A stretch of 64,000 bases of DNA from a virus, in IMG/VR virus record IMGVR_UViG_3300017917_002762, positions 1 to 64,000 of that record. The stretch is one strand, 5' to 3'. The notes below the pieces were generated by a model, which saw only the letters and a list, made by a program, of their open reading frames with translations, ran no database searches and was not told the DNA's origin. The translations under genes and the position numbers were made by a program. Below, one piece after another: positions 1 to 8,419 of the stretch; the stretch's first letter is position 1, and each line of letters begins with the position of its first letter.

Positions 1-828
1 ATCCATCATTTTTGGAGCAATACCAGCTTCTTCATGAAAAAAATAAGTTACTGGTCCACCGACACCATTAGTAGGATCTTTTTCAAAAGATGTACCTGTA
101 ATAATAGATTTATTACCTTTATATGTATCTCTACCACCAATTCTTACTTTAATACGTTGTTGCCATGAAAATACTTTATCTGGTTCTGAAGGTCTATACC
201 ATGCTGTATGTTCATTTAAAAAATTACGATATTCATTAAGCATTCTCCAAGATCCTTTTTCTGATATATAATCTTTAAGACTTGCTCCTATTTTATTAAC
301 AGATCCTTCTTCAAACCAATAAGTGTTAATCAATTTTGCCATATGAAAATAAGAACTGGCAATCTGACGTTTTTTAAGAATTGGAATATGTTTATAATTT
401 AATTCTGCTAAACATTCATAAAGAGCCATATGATATTGAGCATCTCTTACTTTAGCAAAATCAAATCTTTTTTCTTCTTTATCATAAATAGGTAGAAAGT
501 TTAACCACATGTAATAATCTCTAGTGAGATACCATGTTTTTCCATTATTTTTATATATAACTCCATTTCTACATTTATGTTTTTGTTCATCCCAATAAGC
601 AATATAATCTTTAGATCTTACAGGAAAATTACAATAATATCCATTTTTTTGAAAAGATTTAGCTTCTTTATTAAATACAAAACTTGTTTCATCAAATTTA
701 TAACCTACATCTGGTCCAGCATCAATAAAAATACTTCTAACAAAATCTTTAAAATCTTCTTTAGAAGAAAAATTAGTTATTGTCCAATTATTGTTTTCAT
801 AAGTATATATTTCAATATAATTACTCAT
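1..828 (-). CDS. terL: Terminase large subunit, N-terminal ATPase part (runs off the left edge; absent from the ORF track)
   Basis: Hand translation from ATG at 828 is open to base 1: MSNYIEIY...LKKRQIASS (Walker A-like)...YFFHEEAGIAPKMMD (Walker B-like), 276 codons. Confidence 0.85.
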   Translation of the reverse strand, partial: MSNYIEIYTYENNNWTITNFSSKEDFKDFVRSIFIDAGPDVGYKFDETSFVFNKEAKSFQKNGYYCNFPVRSKDYIAYWDEQKHKCRNGVIYKNNGKTWYLTRDYYMWLNFLPIYDKEEKRFDFAKVRDAQYHMALYECLAELNYKHIPILKKRQIASSYFHMAKLINTYWFEEGSVNKIGASLKDYISEKGSWRMLNEYRNFLNEHTAWYRPSEPDKVFSWQQRIKVRIGGRDTYKGNKSIITGTSFEKDPTNGVGGPVTYFFHEEAGIAPKMMD

Positions 829-849
829 TTTTTTCTTTAATTAATTTTA

Positions 850-990
850 TTAATTTATCCATTGAGGAGGCATACAAGTAATTGTCTTTTCCCATTCCAT
901 TAAAGTAGTTATTGTAATGTTCTCGTAAAAAACCGTACCACAATCCTGTGTGATGGTTGAAGTGAAATACCCAATCGTATAAGTAATCAT
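850..990 (-). CDS. Small hypothetical protein (46 aa)
   Basis: Hand-read ORF MITYTIGYF...PQWIN that fills the gap between the TerS candidate and TerL. Confidence 0.4.
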   Translation of the reverse strand: MITYTIGYFTSTITQDCGTVFYENITITTLMEWEKTITCMPPQWIN

Positions 991-1010
991 TTTTCATATA
1001 TTTTTTTAAT

Positions 1011-1520
1011 TTATTGATCGTATGCTAAATTTTGTCCACCTCTTACAATAGATTGTTCTTCTTGTAAATCACGAAGTGTTCCTTTAAAACTTTGTCTTAT
1101 AGCTTCAAATTTAGAAGCTGCATTAATAAGAGCAGTGATGTTTCCATCTCTTCCATGTTCTATTTCTGTAGTTTCCATATATTTAGCTAATCTATCAAGC
1201 ATACTTTTAATACCCATATATGCTCTAACAGTAGGTGTTTCATATAATTTCATAGTTATTTCTAATGCATCTTGAATTAATTGATCTTCTGCATCAAAAT
1301 CACCACCCACTTCTCTTCTAATTAATTCTTCTTTATCTATTTCAGGAACATCAAAAAAGGGATTATATTCTGGACTAGGACAAGATAAATAAAATAGATA
1401 AGCAAATATTTTAGTATTATCTTCTGGATAATTATCTATAATTTGTTTATATGTATTTATTGTATAACAATGTTCAGAAGGAATTACTTTATTGTTGCTT
1501 ATATCAAATAATTTTATCAT
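1011..1520 (-). CDS. Conserved phage protein, candidate terminase small subunit
   Basis: 169 aa helical protein just upstream of TerL; call rests on position only. Confidence 0.5.
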   Translation of the reverse strand: MIKLFDISNNKVIPSEHCYTINTYKQIIDNYPEDNTKIFAYLFYLSCPSPEYNPFFDVPEIDKEELIRREVGGDFDAEDQLIQDALEITMKLYETPTVRAYMGIKSMLDRLAKYMETTEIEHGRDGNITALINAASKFEAIRQSFKGTLRDLQEEQSIVRGGQNLAYDQ

Positions 1521-1708
1521 AAATTGTTGTATGTTTTATTTTTAGTTATTTCAAATTCATAACATCTAATTGTTTCTGTATTTCTAGTGACAAAATATAT
1601 AATTTCATTTTTACTAATTAATATGTTAGTGATTATACAAAGATATTGATCTATATCTGTTTTAATATAAACCATTTCTCCAATTTCATATTCATTATCT
1701 ATAATCAT
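1517..1708 (-). CDS. Hypothetical protein
   Basis: 63 aa ORF with start/stop overlaps in the minus-strand operon. Confidence 0.65.
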   Translation of the reverse strand: MIIDNEYEIGEMVYIKTDIDQYLCIITNILISKNEIIYFVTRNTETIRCYEFEITKNKTYNNL

Positions 1709-1938
1709 AAATTTAAAAAATTATTTATTTCTTTTTCAGATTGTTTTAATTCAATAATATATTTATTACTATATTCAACAGGAATAAATGTAATAGAATC
1801 AACAATTAAAGATTCATCATCATGAGTTACTATTTTATTCAAATATAAGTTTTTTAAATCATTAATCGACATATTTGATTCAATAGTCCATTTGTTATTT
1901 TCTTTAAATAACACATTATCAATTTTTATTTTGCTCAT
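1705..1938 (-). CDS. Hypothetical protein
   Basis: 77 aa ORF, coupled to neighbours. Confidence 0.6.
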   Translation of the reverse strand: MSKIKIDNVLFKENNKWTIESNMSINDLKNLYLNKIVTHDDESLIVDSITFIPVEYSNKYIIELKQSEKEINNFLNL

Positions 1939-2740
1939 TTTTTAAATGATTTATAAGTGAAACAATTTCTGATTTTAAATAAGGTATATTATACTTTACA
2001 ATATCTTTTACTATAGGATTACCATCTGAATCTATTGCAGTGATTGGATTACCCCAACGATCTTTATCAACTTCTTCAAAAATAATATGATGTAATGTCA
2101 TTTCTCCAGGTTTGTATATATAATTATGTTTTAATATAATATACATATACATACTTAATTGTAAAGCATAATGATTAAAATTACAATCATCTAAATGAGA
2201 AATTGGTGGTAACATTTTTTGTTTAACACCATCCCAATTTTTAAAAGATTCTTGTTTTATTTCTTTGTTTGTTTTATAATCAATAATATTAACCTTACCA
2301 TTAATTATTTCTACTAAATCAGATTGACCACATAATCCAGCTGATTTTAAATAAATCATATGTTCTGGATAAATACCCTCTGTTAACCTTTGATCAGGTG
2401 CTATTTTTACATCACCTTCCATAATAGGTTTAATAATAGGAATATCAACACCATTTTTACCTATAGTAGAAAGACCACATAAATCAGTTTCTCTTTGATT
2501 ATGGTACCAAGTACCAAGATCTGTTGCTCTTTTTGCTTCTAAAGTCCAAGCTTTTTTTATATCTTCTGGTTTCATACCAAACCATTTAGAATTTTTAGAT
2601 TTGCTTACTTTTAATGCTGTACCTTCTGCATCAAAAGGTTTTTTAAATTTAGAAATAAAACTAGTTACAGATGTCCATTTAATATCATCACTATCTATTG
2701 ATGAATATTCATGGTATTTTGCTTTAAATTGTATAGCCAT
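1919..2740 (-). CDS. PD-(D/E)XK exonuclease (Cas4/RecB-like fold)
   Basis: GTWYH, CGQSDLV, IIDYKT and HYALQLSMY motifs. Confidence 0.8.
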   Translation of the reverse strand: MAIQFKAKYHEYSSIDSDDIKWTSVTSFISKFKKPFDAEGTALKVSKSKNSKWFGMKPEDIKKAWTLEAKRATDLGTWYHNQRETDLCGLSTIGKNGVDIPIIKPIMEGDVKIAPDQRLTEGIYPEHMIYLKSAGLCGQSDLVEIINGKVNIIDYKTNKEIKQESFKNWDGVKQKMLPPISHLDDCNFNHYALQLSMYMYIILKHNYIYKPGEMTLHHIIFEEVDKDRWGNPITAIDSDGNPIVKDIVKYNIPYLKSEIVSLINHLKNEQNKN

Positions 2741-2741
2741 A

Positions 2742-3053
2742 TTAATAAAATTTTAATTTATTTTCTTCTTCTTCTGTAAGAACAGCTTCCCATTTAGGTT
2801 GTTCTAAAGGGCAACTTGAAGAAAGACTCCTTGTTTTAAGAGAAAGACTACAACCACACCCACCTGTATTTTTATTACAACAAGGACTTGTACCAGGAAC
2901 TAAACATCCTTCACCATTTGTATCATAATGTTGACAATTATTACAAATTTTTAATCTTTCTTTTGCTATAATTTCAACATGTTCTTTTTTAAAAAGATTA
3001 TTAGAAATACCTTCTAATATTTGTTTTCTATTTTTGTATATTTCTTTTAACAT
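2742..3053 (-). CDS. Cys-rich putative Zn-binding protein
   Basis: RLKICNNC...CC...CGC...SSSCP. Confidence 0.65.
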   Translation of the reverse strand: MLKEIYKNRKQILEGISNNLFKKEHVEIIAKERLKICNNCQHYDTNGEGCLVPGTSPCCNKNTGGCGCSLSLKTRSLSSSCPLEQPKWEAVLTEEEENKLKFY

Positions 3054-3417
3054 TTTTTAATATTTTTTTATGGTTTTTAATAAAAGATTTTCTTTCATTT
3101 TCTTTTTCCAACTCTCCTTTTATTTTATATAAAAGTTCTAATTTATCAGAATAACTTTTTTTTAAAATTTGTTCATTAAAAGAATTATCTAAAGAATCAA
3201 TAAATTTTTTAGTTTTATCTATCTCTTTATCTAATAACCAATGTTTAAATGTAAAATCTCCAAAATTGCTAATATGAATAATAGGATTTTTTAATTCAGA
3301 TAGAGCAATTCTTACATCTTTCCAGTATGTAAAAACAATTGTTTCTACAACATCAACTGGTAAATTAAGTTCTAATGCTGTAGAAACAATCAATTCTTTT
3401 GCTTTAATTGGTTTCAA
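3028..3417 (-). CDS. HU/IHF-like DNA-binding protein
   Basis: N-terminal helical pattern followed by IHISNFGDF, resembling the HU V.l.gFG.F signature. Confidence 0.55.
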   Translation of the reverse strand: MKPIKAKELIVSTALELNLPVDVVETIVFTYWKDVRIALSELKNPIIHISNFGDFTFKHWLLDKEIDKTKKFIDSLDNSFNEQILKKSYSDKLELLYKIKGELEKENERKSFIKNHKKILKNVKRNIQK

Positions 3418-3766
3418 GAAATAAAAAATTATAATTTAACAATATATTACCTTCATAAACAAGGTTTATATTTTCATAAAAATAAATCTTTTTTTTCTTT
3501 TTTCCTGTTTTATATATTAACCCTAACACTTCGCATTTTCTTAAACAATTTCTAATACTTTGTTCTGATTTAAAATACTTTAATTTTTGTTTACAAAATA
3601 AATTTAAATCTCTGTCTTTAGATAGTACTAAAGTAGTAAGACAATCAAGATCTGCTTCTGTAAGACTAATATCTTTAATAAAACAATAAGTAATAAGCTG
3701 ATATTGTACTATATCATACTTAGTATTTAAAACAGTCTTTTTTTCTATTTTATTTACTTCAGCCAT
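3404..3766 (-). CDS. Putative winged-helix DNA-binding protein
   Basis: SEQSIRNCLRKCEVLGLI helix-wing pattern. Confidence 0.5.
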   Translation of the reverse strand: MAEVNKIEKKTVLNTKYDIVQYQLITYCFIKDISLTEADLDCLTTLVLSKDRDLNLFCKQKLKYFKSEQSIRNCLRKCEVLGLIYKTGKKKKKIYFYENINLVYEGNILLNYNFLFLETN

Positions 3767-3770
3767 TTTA

Positions 3771-4091
3771 TTATTTTTTTAAAGATCTTTTTTTATTTTC
3801 TTCTTTAGGAATACGCACTACATCTCCTTCTTTAAAATTATCTTTTAATTCAGGATTGTTTTCTAAATCTTCTTTAGAAATAGTATGCATTTCATCATCA
3901 CCTGATTCAGGTGTTGTGTATTGAGATAGTCTATACAATGCTTCTGCATACCTTAAATTTTGTTCTGCAATAGAAGCATCTATAGTTCTTAATTCTAATT
4001 GAACTTTTTTAAATTCAATTTGATCGTTCATCCATTTAATAACATCTTCTTTAGAAGGTGTTTCTGGTGTGTTTGTTTCTTGGTTTTCCAT
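3771..4091 (-). CDS. Hypothetical coiled-coil protein
   Basis: 106 aa ORF with an upstream promoter-like box. Confidence 0.7.
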   Translation of the reverse strand: MENQETNTPETPSKEDVIKWMNDQIEFKKVQLELRTIDASIAEQNLRYAEALYRLSQYTTPESGDDEMHTISKEDLENNPELKDNFKEGDVVRIPKEENKKRSLKK

Positions 4092-4107
4092 AATAAATTA
4101 TTTTATG

Positions 4108-4115
4108 CAAATATA
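4108..4115 (-). promoter_or_regulatory. Bacteroidota-type -7 promoter box (TAnnTTTG)
   Basis: TATATTTG on the minus strand, 17 nt upstream of the ATG at 4091. Confidence 0.55.
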
Positions 4116-4157
4116 AAATAATTTATTAAAAACAAAAAAAAATTAAATTTTTAAAAT

Positions 4158-4223
4158 TTAATTTTCACATAAACATTCGCTTGCTTCACATTCAGGACAG
4201 CATAATTTTACTTCTTTTTCCAT
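4158..4223 (-). CDS. 21-aa Cys-rich micropeptide MEKEVKLCCPECEASECLCEN
   Basis: Hand-read ORF with an A-rich leader and 5 Cys. Confidence 0.4.
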   Translation of the reverse strand: MEKEVKLCCPECEASECLCEN

Positions 4224-4292
4224 AATTTTATATATGATTTATATTAATAATTTACTAAAAATATTACAATTTTCAAACTAAAAAATAACCTT

Positions 4293-4332
4293 TTGTCCCG
4301 TTTTGGGACAATTTTGTCCCATTTTGGGACAA
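4293..4332. repeat. Tandem pair of palindromes TTGTCCC-N5-GGGACAA (period 21 bp)
   Basis: 4293-4311 ttgtcccgttttgggacaa and 4314-4332 ttgtcccattttgggacaa. Confidence 0.9.
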
Positions 4333-4390
4333 GCTTTCCTTTACTGGCAAGGGTTTCAGCATATTCCCTATTTAATATTTCAAAACAACT

Positions 4391-4888
4391 TTAAGTAGAT
4401 AATAATTTAGCAATTTTAGTTTTAGAAAAATAACTAAAAATAGAATCAGATTTTAATTTTCCTTTCCATGATATATAAGGATTTAATATCCAATATTCTG
4501 AAATAGATTCTTCATGCACCTTAATATGAGCATAAACACCCCAGTCAAAAAACTTTTTAAAAATCACCCCCACCTTATTTTTACCAATATTAAATTCTTC
4601 AGCCAACGTTCTTATAGATGTTTCATCAGAAAATGGTTTAAGACTATTTGTATTAAAATCAGATTTTTGTATCATTTTATAAACAATTCCCATTTCTTCA
4701 TTAGAAAAGACAGATGACAATAATTTAATAGCATCATCATTAACTATAGAAAAAGTAGTGTAATTTAATAAAGATTTATTTTCAGGTAGATTATTACTTT
4801 TTTTCTTAATAATAGAAACCTCCCCTGTCTGCGCGTTCATTTTTGCAGCAACCTCATCATCATTTAATTTTAAATTAATATTATACAT
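4391..4888 (-). CDS. RepL-like (plasmid replication/maintenance) winged-helix protein
   Basis: HTH segment IRTLAEEFNIGKNKVGVIFKKF and C-terminal YWILNPYISWKG, typical of RepL-like proteins. Confidence 0.55.
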   Translation of the reverse strand: MYNINLKLNDDEVAAKMNAQTGEVSIIKKKSNNLPENKSLLNYTTFSIVNDDAIKLLSSVFSNEEMGIVYKMIQKSDFNTNSLKPFSDETSIRTLAEEFNIGKNKVGVIFKKFFDWGVYAHIKVHEESISEYWILNPYISWKGKLKSDSIFSYFSKTKIAKLLST

Positions 4889-4903
4889 ATAAAATTATTT
4901 TTA

Positions 4904-4911
4904 CAAATATA
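4904..4911 (-). promoter_or_regulatory. Bacteroidota-type -7 promoter box
   Basis: TATATTTG on the minus strand just upstream of the RepL-like ATG at 4888. Confidence 0.55.
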
Positions 4912-5035
4912 AAAAATTTTGGGGAAAAAATAATTTTTTTTTAAAAAAATTTACTGTGTAATCGAGGGTGTTTTTGAATCCCCATAAAACCATCCCTTCA
5001 CTTGCTTTAGCGGTATAAAACCCCCGCTTTCGCAT

Positions 5036-5311
5036 ATGTTGAAACTAATGTTCCAATCTGCTAGCAAAGCTAGCAAAGTAGCTAGTTCTATTGAACAAGC
5101 TACAACTATACAGGGTACACCTGTTCAAGCTGCCATTGTCAGTTTCACTGATGGCAGCAAATGCCTTGTAAGTGCAAAACACTTCCAAGCAGATGGCACT
5201 CCCAAATTCCTTACTCAGGAATTAGGAATTGCCAATGGATATGATATATCCTCAATCCAAGGACAACCTTGGATAGTTGAGAAATCTCAACGCAGTAGCA
5301 TTAAGTTCTAA
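5036..5311 (+). CDS. Hypothetical protein, first gene of the rightward arm
   Basis: 91 aa ORF with plausible composition. Confidence 0.6.
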   Translation: MLKLMFQSASKASKVASSIEQATTIQGTPVQAAIVSFTDGSKCLVSAKHFQADGTPKFLTQELGIANGYDISSIQGQPWIVEKSQRSSIKF

Positions 5312-5430
5312 CCTCACGGTTAGAGCTTATGCTCTTTTTTTCGTAATGTACGTAATTACAGCATTCTGTAATTTAAATTTACATTATTTACATTTGTTTC
5401 ACGTGGAACATAAATTCTCATTTTATATCA

Positions 5431-5563
5431 AAGTGGGAATTTATGTTTATCTACACGGTGATAAATGTATACGAAGTGGGAATTTTATATCAAAAAACAA
5501 CCATTTTTGATGCTCAAGTGGGAATTTGTGTTTATTTGATGGTGTGGGAATAACCACTCACAC
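5431..5563 (+). repeat. Phased direct repeats AAGTGGGAATTT separated by hairpins
   Basis: Copies at 5431-5442, 5474-5485 and 5516-5527, with a partial GTGGGAAT at 5544-5551. Confidence 0.85.
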
Positions 5564-5657
5564 CATTTTTTTATTCCAAATAATTTCCAATAATCACACA
5601 AAAATTTTGCATTAAATAGCTAAAACTCTTTTATGTTCCTTTCATAGAGTATAAACA

Positions 5658-5954
5658 ATGATAAATACAAGGAGTGCATGGTTGCTCAAACTCAAAAAAC
5701 TTAACAAAATGGACATTACAGAAGCTTTTAGAATTTGGGATAATATGGGTAATACCATACAATCTCGTGATGATGAAAATAACAACTATGTTATTGAATT
5801 CATCAACAAATCAGGTAAAGTTGTAGGTAACATTATAACTTATCCTGGACAGGGTATTAGTTGGAATTATCCTCAAGAACTAATGGACAAAAAAAAGCAA
5901 TTAGATGAAATTGCTAATATGTCTTTAAAAGAACTTGAAGAATATTCTTATTAA
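5658..5954 (+). CDS. Hypothetical protein (true start may be the ATG at 5709)
   Basis: ORF track. Confidence 0.6.
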   Translation: MINTRSAWLLKLKKLNKMDITEAFRIWDNMGNTIQSRDDENNNYVIEFINKSGKVVGNIITYPGQGISWNYPQELMDKKKQLDEIANMSLKELEEYSY

Positions 5955-5957
5955 ACC

Positions 5958-6245
5958 ATTTGAGTTCACCTGAGATAATATCAAGGGTGAACTTTCTTTA
6001 AGGTTGATAAACCTTGATAAGTCCGAAATACATGATGACTTTAAACTAGGTGTGGTAAACGGTCTGCTAATATACCAGTCGCAAAACAATAGTATATTAA
6101 TTTCTCTTTGCACTAACCCACAAGGGTGAGCAGTTGTAACAAGCGGGTCTCTCATGTAATATTGAGGCAAGTCTAACCGTAAACAGAAATGCTTGTATGT
6201 TACAACTGAGTGCAGAGGGGATAAATAGAGTAAACTATTCAAATC
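5958..6245 (+). ncRNA. Candidate structured ncRNA (~290 nt)
   Basis: Stems 5963-5970/5986-5993, 6000-6005/6010-6015, 6069-6075/6092-6098, 6104-6114/6209-6219 and 6131-6141/6198-6208; no sense-strand ORF. Confidence 0.55.
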
Positions 6246-6299
6246 AGGAGTTCAACACAGCCTATATTAAAATGTGTTGTAAAATTAAATATTAAAACA

Positions 6300-6545
6300 A
6301 TGATAGTTGAAAATAGAGTTGAGTATAATACTGTTTATTCTAATTTGGTTTATCCAGATTGGACAAATAGAGATAAATTTGTTGTAATAGGTAAACTAGA
6401 CAATGAATTTGTAGAAGAAGAACTTGAAAGATTATTTCAAGCTACTTCAATAGCTAATAAATATGCTATACAAATGCCTGATAATATTTTATGGTATAAG
6501 CATGATTTTTCAGTATTTGCTCTTAAAGTTGTAGGTAATCTATAA
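6300..6545 (+). CDS. Hypothetical protein
   Basis: 81 aa ORF. Confidence 0.65.
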   Translation: MIVENRVEYNTVYSNLVYPDWTNRDKFVVIGKLDNEFVEEELERLFQATSIANKYAIQMPDNILWYKHDFSVFALKVVGNL

Positions 6546-6596
6546 ACCTTCATTTTTTATTTACTCACTTAACAACCAACAAGCATGTTGTAAAAT

Positions 6597-6887
6597 ATGC
6601 AAACAATTATGATAGTACAACATCCAAATGGTAATTCTTATCTATTTATAGATAATAGAGTGTTTGTTTCATCTTATTATGAAAAAACAAATTCAGTAAT
6701 AACTGTTGAATTAGATTTATCTTTACCTTTAAATGATTGGGAAAAAGAACAAATTGCTAAACAGCCCAATCATGACTGCAACAATCCAAGTTGTCATACT
6801 TATGATGTTCCTTTTGGCGAATTGTATTGTAGTTCTTGTAATGCTCATTTTGAAATGTTAGAAAAATACATATTAGAAAATGATTAA
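6597..6887 (+). CDS. Hypothetical protein with a Zn-ribbon-like C-terminus
   Basis: CNNPSCH...CSSCNAH. Confidence 0.65.
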   Translation: MQTIMIVQHPNGNSYLFIDNRVFVSSYYEKTNSVITVELDLSLPLNDWEKEQIAKQPNHDCNNPSCHTYDVPFGELYCSSCNAHFEMLEKYILEND

Positions 6888-6899
6888 AAAAATACACCA

Positions 6900-7440
6900 A
6901 TTTCTTTGATATAGGATAAATGTAAGCCCTATAAAATGCTAAATATCTTAATTAGGATTAAACAGCAGCTATCAAAGTTTTAGGTGTAAAAAACATTGCA
7001 CAAAGTTGTAACTGAATCAATACTTATAATGACGTCTAAATAGTAATGATAGCAGTGCTAGAGACAAAGGTTAATGGTTTTAAACCAGGTTAGCTACTCC
7101 AATGTATGGTGGAGAATAATCCATGCTAAAATCCGTGTATACTATAACAAGCTGCGGATTACAATTAAGTGCAAAAACAGGTAGTTTGTTTGAAAGTTGT
7201 TCTGCCTTGGAGTAATCCTAAATTCAGTGAACTTTCAATGATGGTGAATTCTATCTAGGCTGATATATCTGAATATATATCCATTAAATATATTGTGACC
7301 AAAAGCGTCTTGACGAAGGGTAGCTCCCTTAGTTGCAATGTATTTAATGTCTAAGCATACAAGACTACCTACAGAGTTGTAAAAAATACTCACGGTGTAT
7401 GCGTTAAACCTTTATGGTGAACTAACAGTCAGCAAATCTT
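6900..7440 (+). ncRNA. Candidate large ornate ncRNA (~540 nt, ROOL/GOLLD size class)
   Basis: ORF-free and GC-enriched, with long-range complementary pairs 6904-6911/6970-6977, 6993-7000/7334-7341, 7066-7072/7407-7413, 7179-7185/7364-7370, 7190-7198/7230-7238 and 7282-7290/7341-7349. Confidence 0.6.
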
Positions 7441-7486
7441 ATTTTTAACCTTAAATTTTTCTGTTTCTGAAACAGTACCAAAAACC

Positions 7487-8407
7487 ATGAGAATACATTC
7501 TCTTTCAACAAAAGGCTTATCTTTGAGCCAAGCACAATCAATTAGTAACTTGTGTTTTCAAAGAGCTCAAGACATTTCAAACCTAATTTCAGGTTTAAAT
7601 AATGCTACTAAGTCTCTTAAAATAGGTCAAGAAACCTATATTGAGACTGTTGGTAAACCTCTTCCTGTAAATATTGTAGCATTATTGCAGGAAAAAGCAT
7701 TGCTACATTCTACTCAAGCTTTTTTAATGGAAAACATTAAAGCTAAAGCAGAAATGTTAGAAGAAAAACAAAAAATGAGCTTTAAAAGCACCATTGTTTG
7801 TCCTGAAATACCTAAGTTAGTTAAATTTGATGATTTTCTTCAAAATGTTAATGAATTTTGGGGATGGCAACAGTTATCTGTATCTGAATACAACGAGTAT
7901 TTAGAAGCAGAAGCTTATGCAGCACATATTGGTCAATTTATTCATAAAAATAGTCCTTTGGATGATCTTAGAAAAGAATTGTCTACTATGAAAACTCTTG
8001 AATGGATTACTATTAAAGATGGAGAAAAAACTCCTCTTAAAGTAGAAATTCATCATACTCCTGAGCAATTGTTAAAAGTTCACGAAGAACTTGCAGCATT
8101 GCATAGAAAGTATGAGCAACGTGTAAATTACTTCAAAGCTAAGGTTAAAAACCTGGTTACTGAACAAAACGCACGTATTGCAAAAATTAATGCAGAAGCT
8201 CAAGCTGAAATGAATGCACAAAACGCTGTTATTTCTAACAACTATGATACTGCTTATGGTATGTATCAACAAGAAGTTCTTAGAGAGCAACAAGAGTTTG
8301 AAGCACAAAGACAGAATGATATAAAAACCATTGCTGCTTTGAGAATTGATGTAGATCCACGCTTCCAATCTGTTATAGATACGTTTCTAAAACAGTTGGA
8401 AGATTAA
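7487..8407 (+). CDS. 306-aa helical/coiled-coil protein of unknown function
   Basis: Long Ala/Gln/Glu-rich amphipathic helices; no catalytic motif recognised. Confidence 0.85.
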   Translation: MRIHSLSTKGLSLSQAQSISNLCFQRAQDISNLISGLNNATKSLKIGQETYIETVGKPLPVNIVALLQEKALLHSTQAFLMENIKAKAEMLEEKQKMSFKSTIVCPEIPKLVKFDDFLQNVNEFWGWQQLSVSEYNEYLEAEAYAAHIGQFIHKNSPLDDLRKELSTMKTLEWITIKDGEKTPLKVEIHHTPEQLLKVHEELAALHRKYEQRVNYFKAKVKNLVTEQNARIAKINAEAQAEMNAQNAVISNNYDTAYGMYQQEVLREQQEFEAQRQNDIKTIAALRIDVDPRFQSVIDTFLKQLED

Positions 8408-8419
8408 TATATTAAAGGT

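Noticed and set aside
577-840. Plus-strand 87-aa ORF from the track
   Set aside because: It is antisense to the TerL frame (1..828, minus), which has clear ATPase motifs
5277-5510. 77-aa ORF across the repeat array
   Set aside because: It overlaps the real upstream gene, lacks a good start context and runs through non-coding repeats
5431-5563. CRISPR array
   Set aside because: Repeats are only 12 nt and not palindromic, there are just three full copies, and no cas genes are present
5925-6242. Minus-strand 105-aa ORF
   Set aside because: It opposes the local transcription direction and has atypical composition; the region is better explained as structured RNA
6900-7440. Group I intron, RNase P or tmRNA identity for the large RNA
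   Set aside because: AAGACTAC at 7361 resembles R, but no P, Q or S elements or flanking split gene are present, and there is no GAGGAAAGUCC or tRNA-like ends
8072-8368. Antisense ORFs in the track (also 4514, 8854, 11472, 14266, 15166, 16396, 17022, 20154, 21965, 25894, 31008, 34778, 36584, 36774, 38191, 40617, 44022, 46835, 48741, 50892, 51534, 54898, 55648, 56646 and 60933)
   Set aside because: They are shadow or alternative-frame ORFs overlapping better-supported genes, with F/I/L/S-rich composition typical of AT-rich antisense frames
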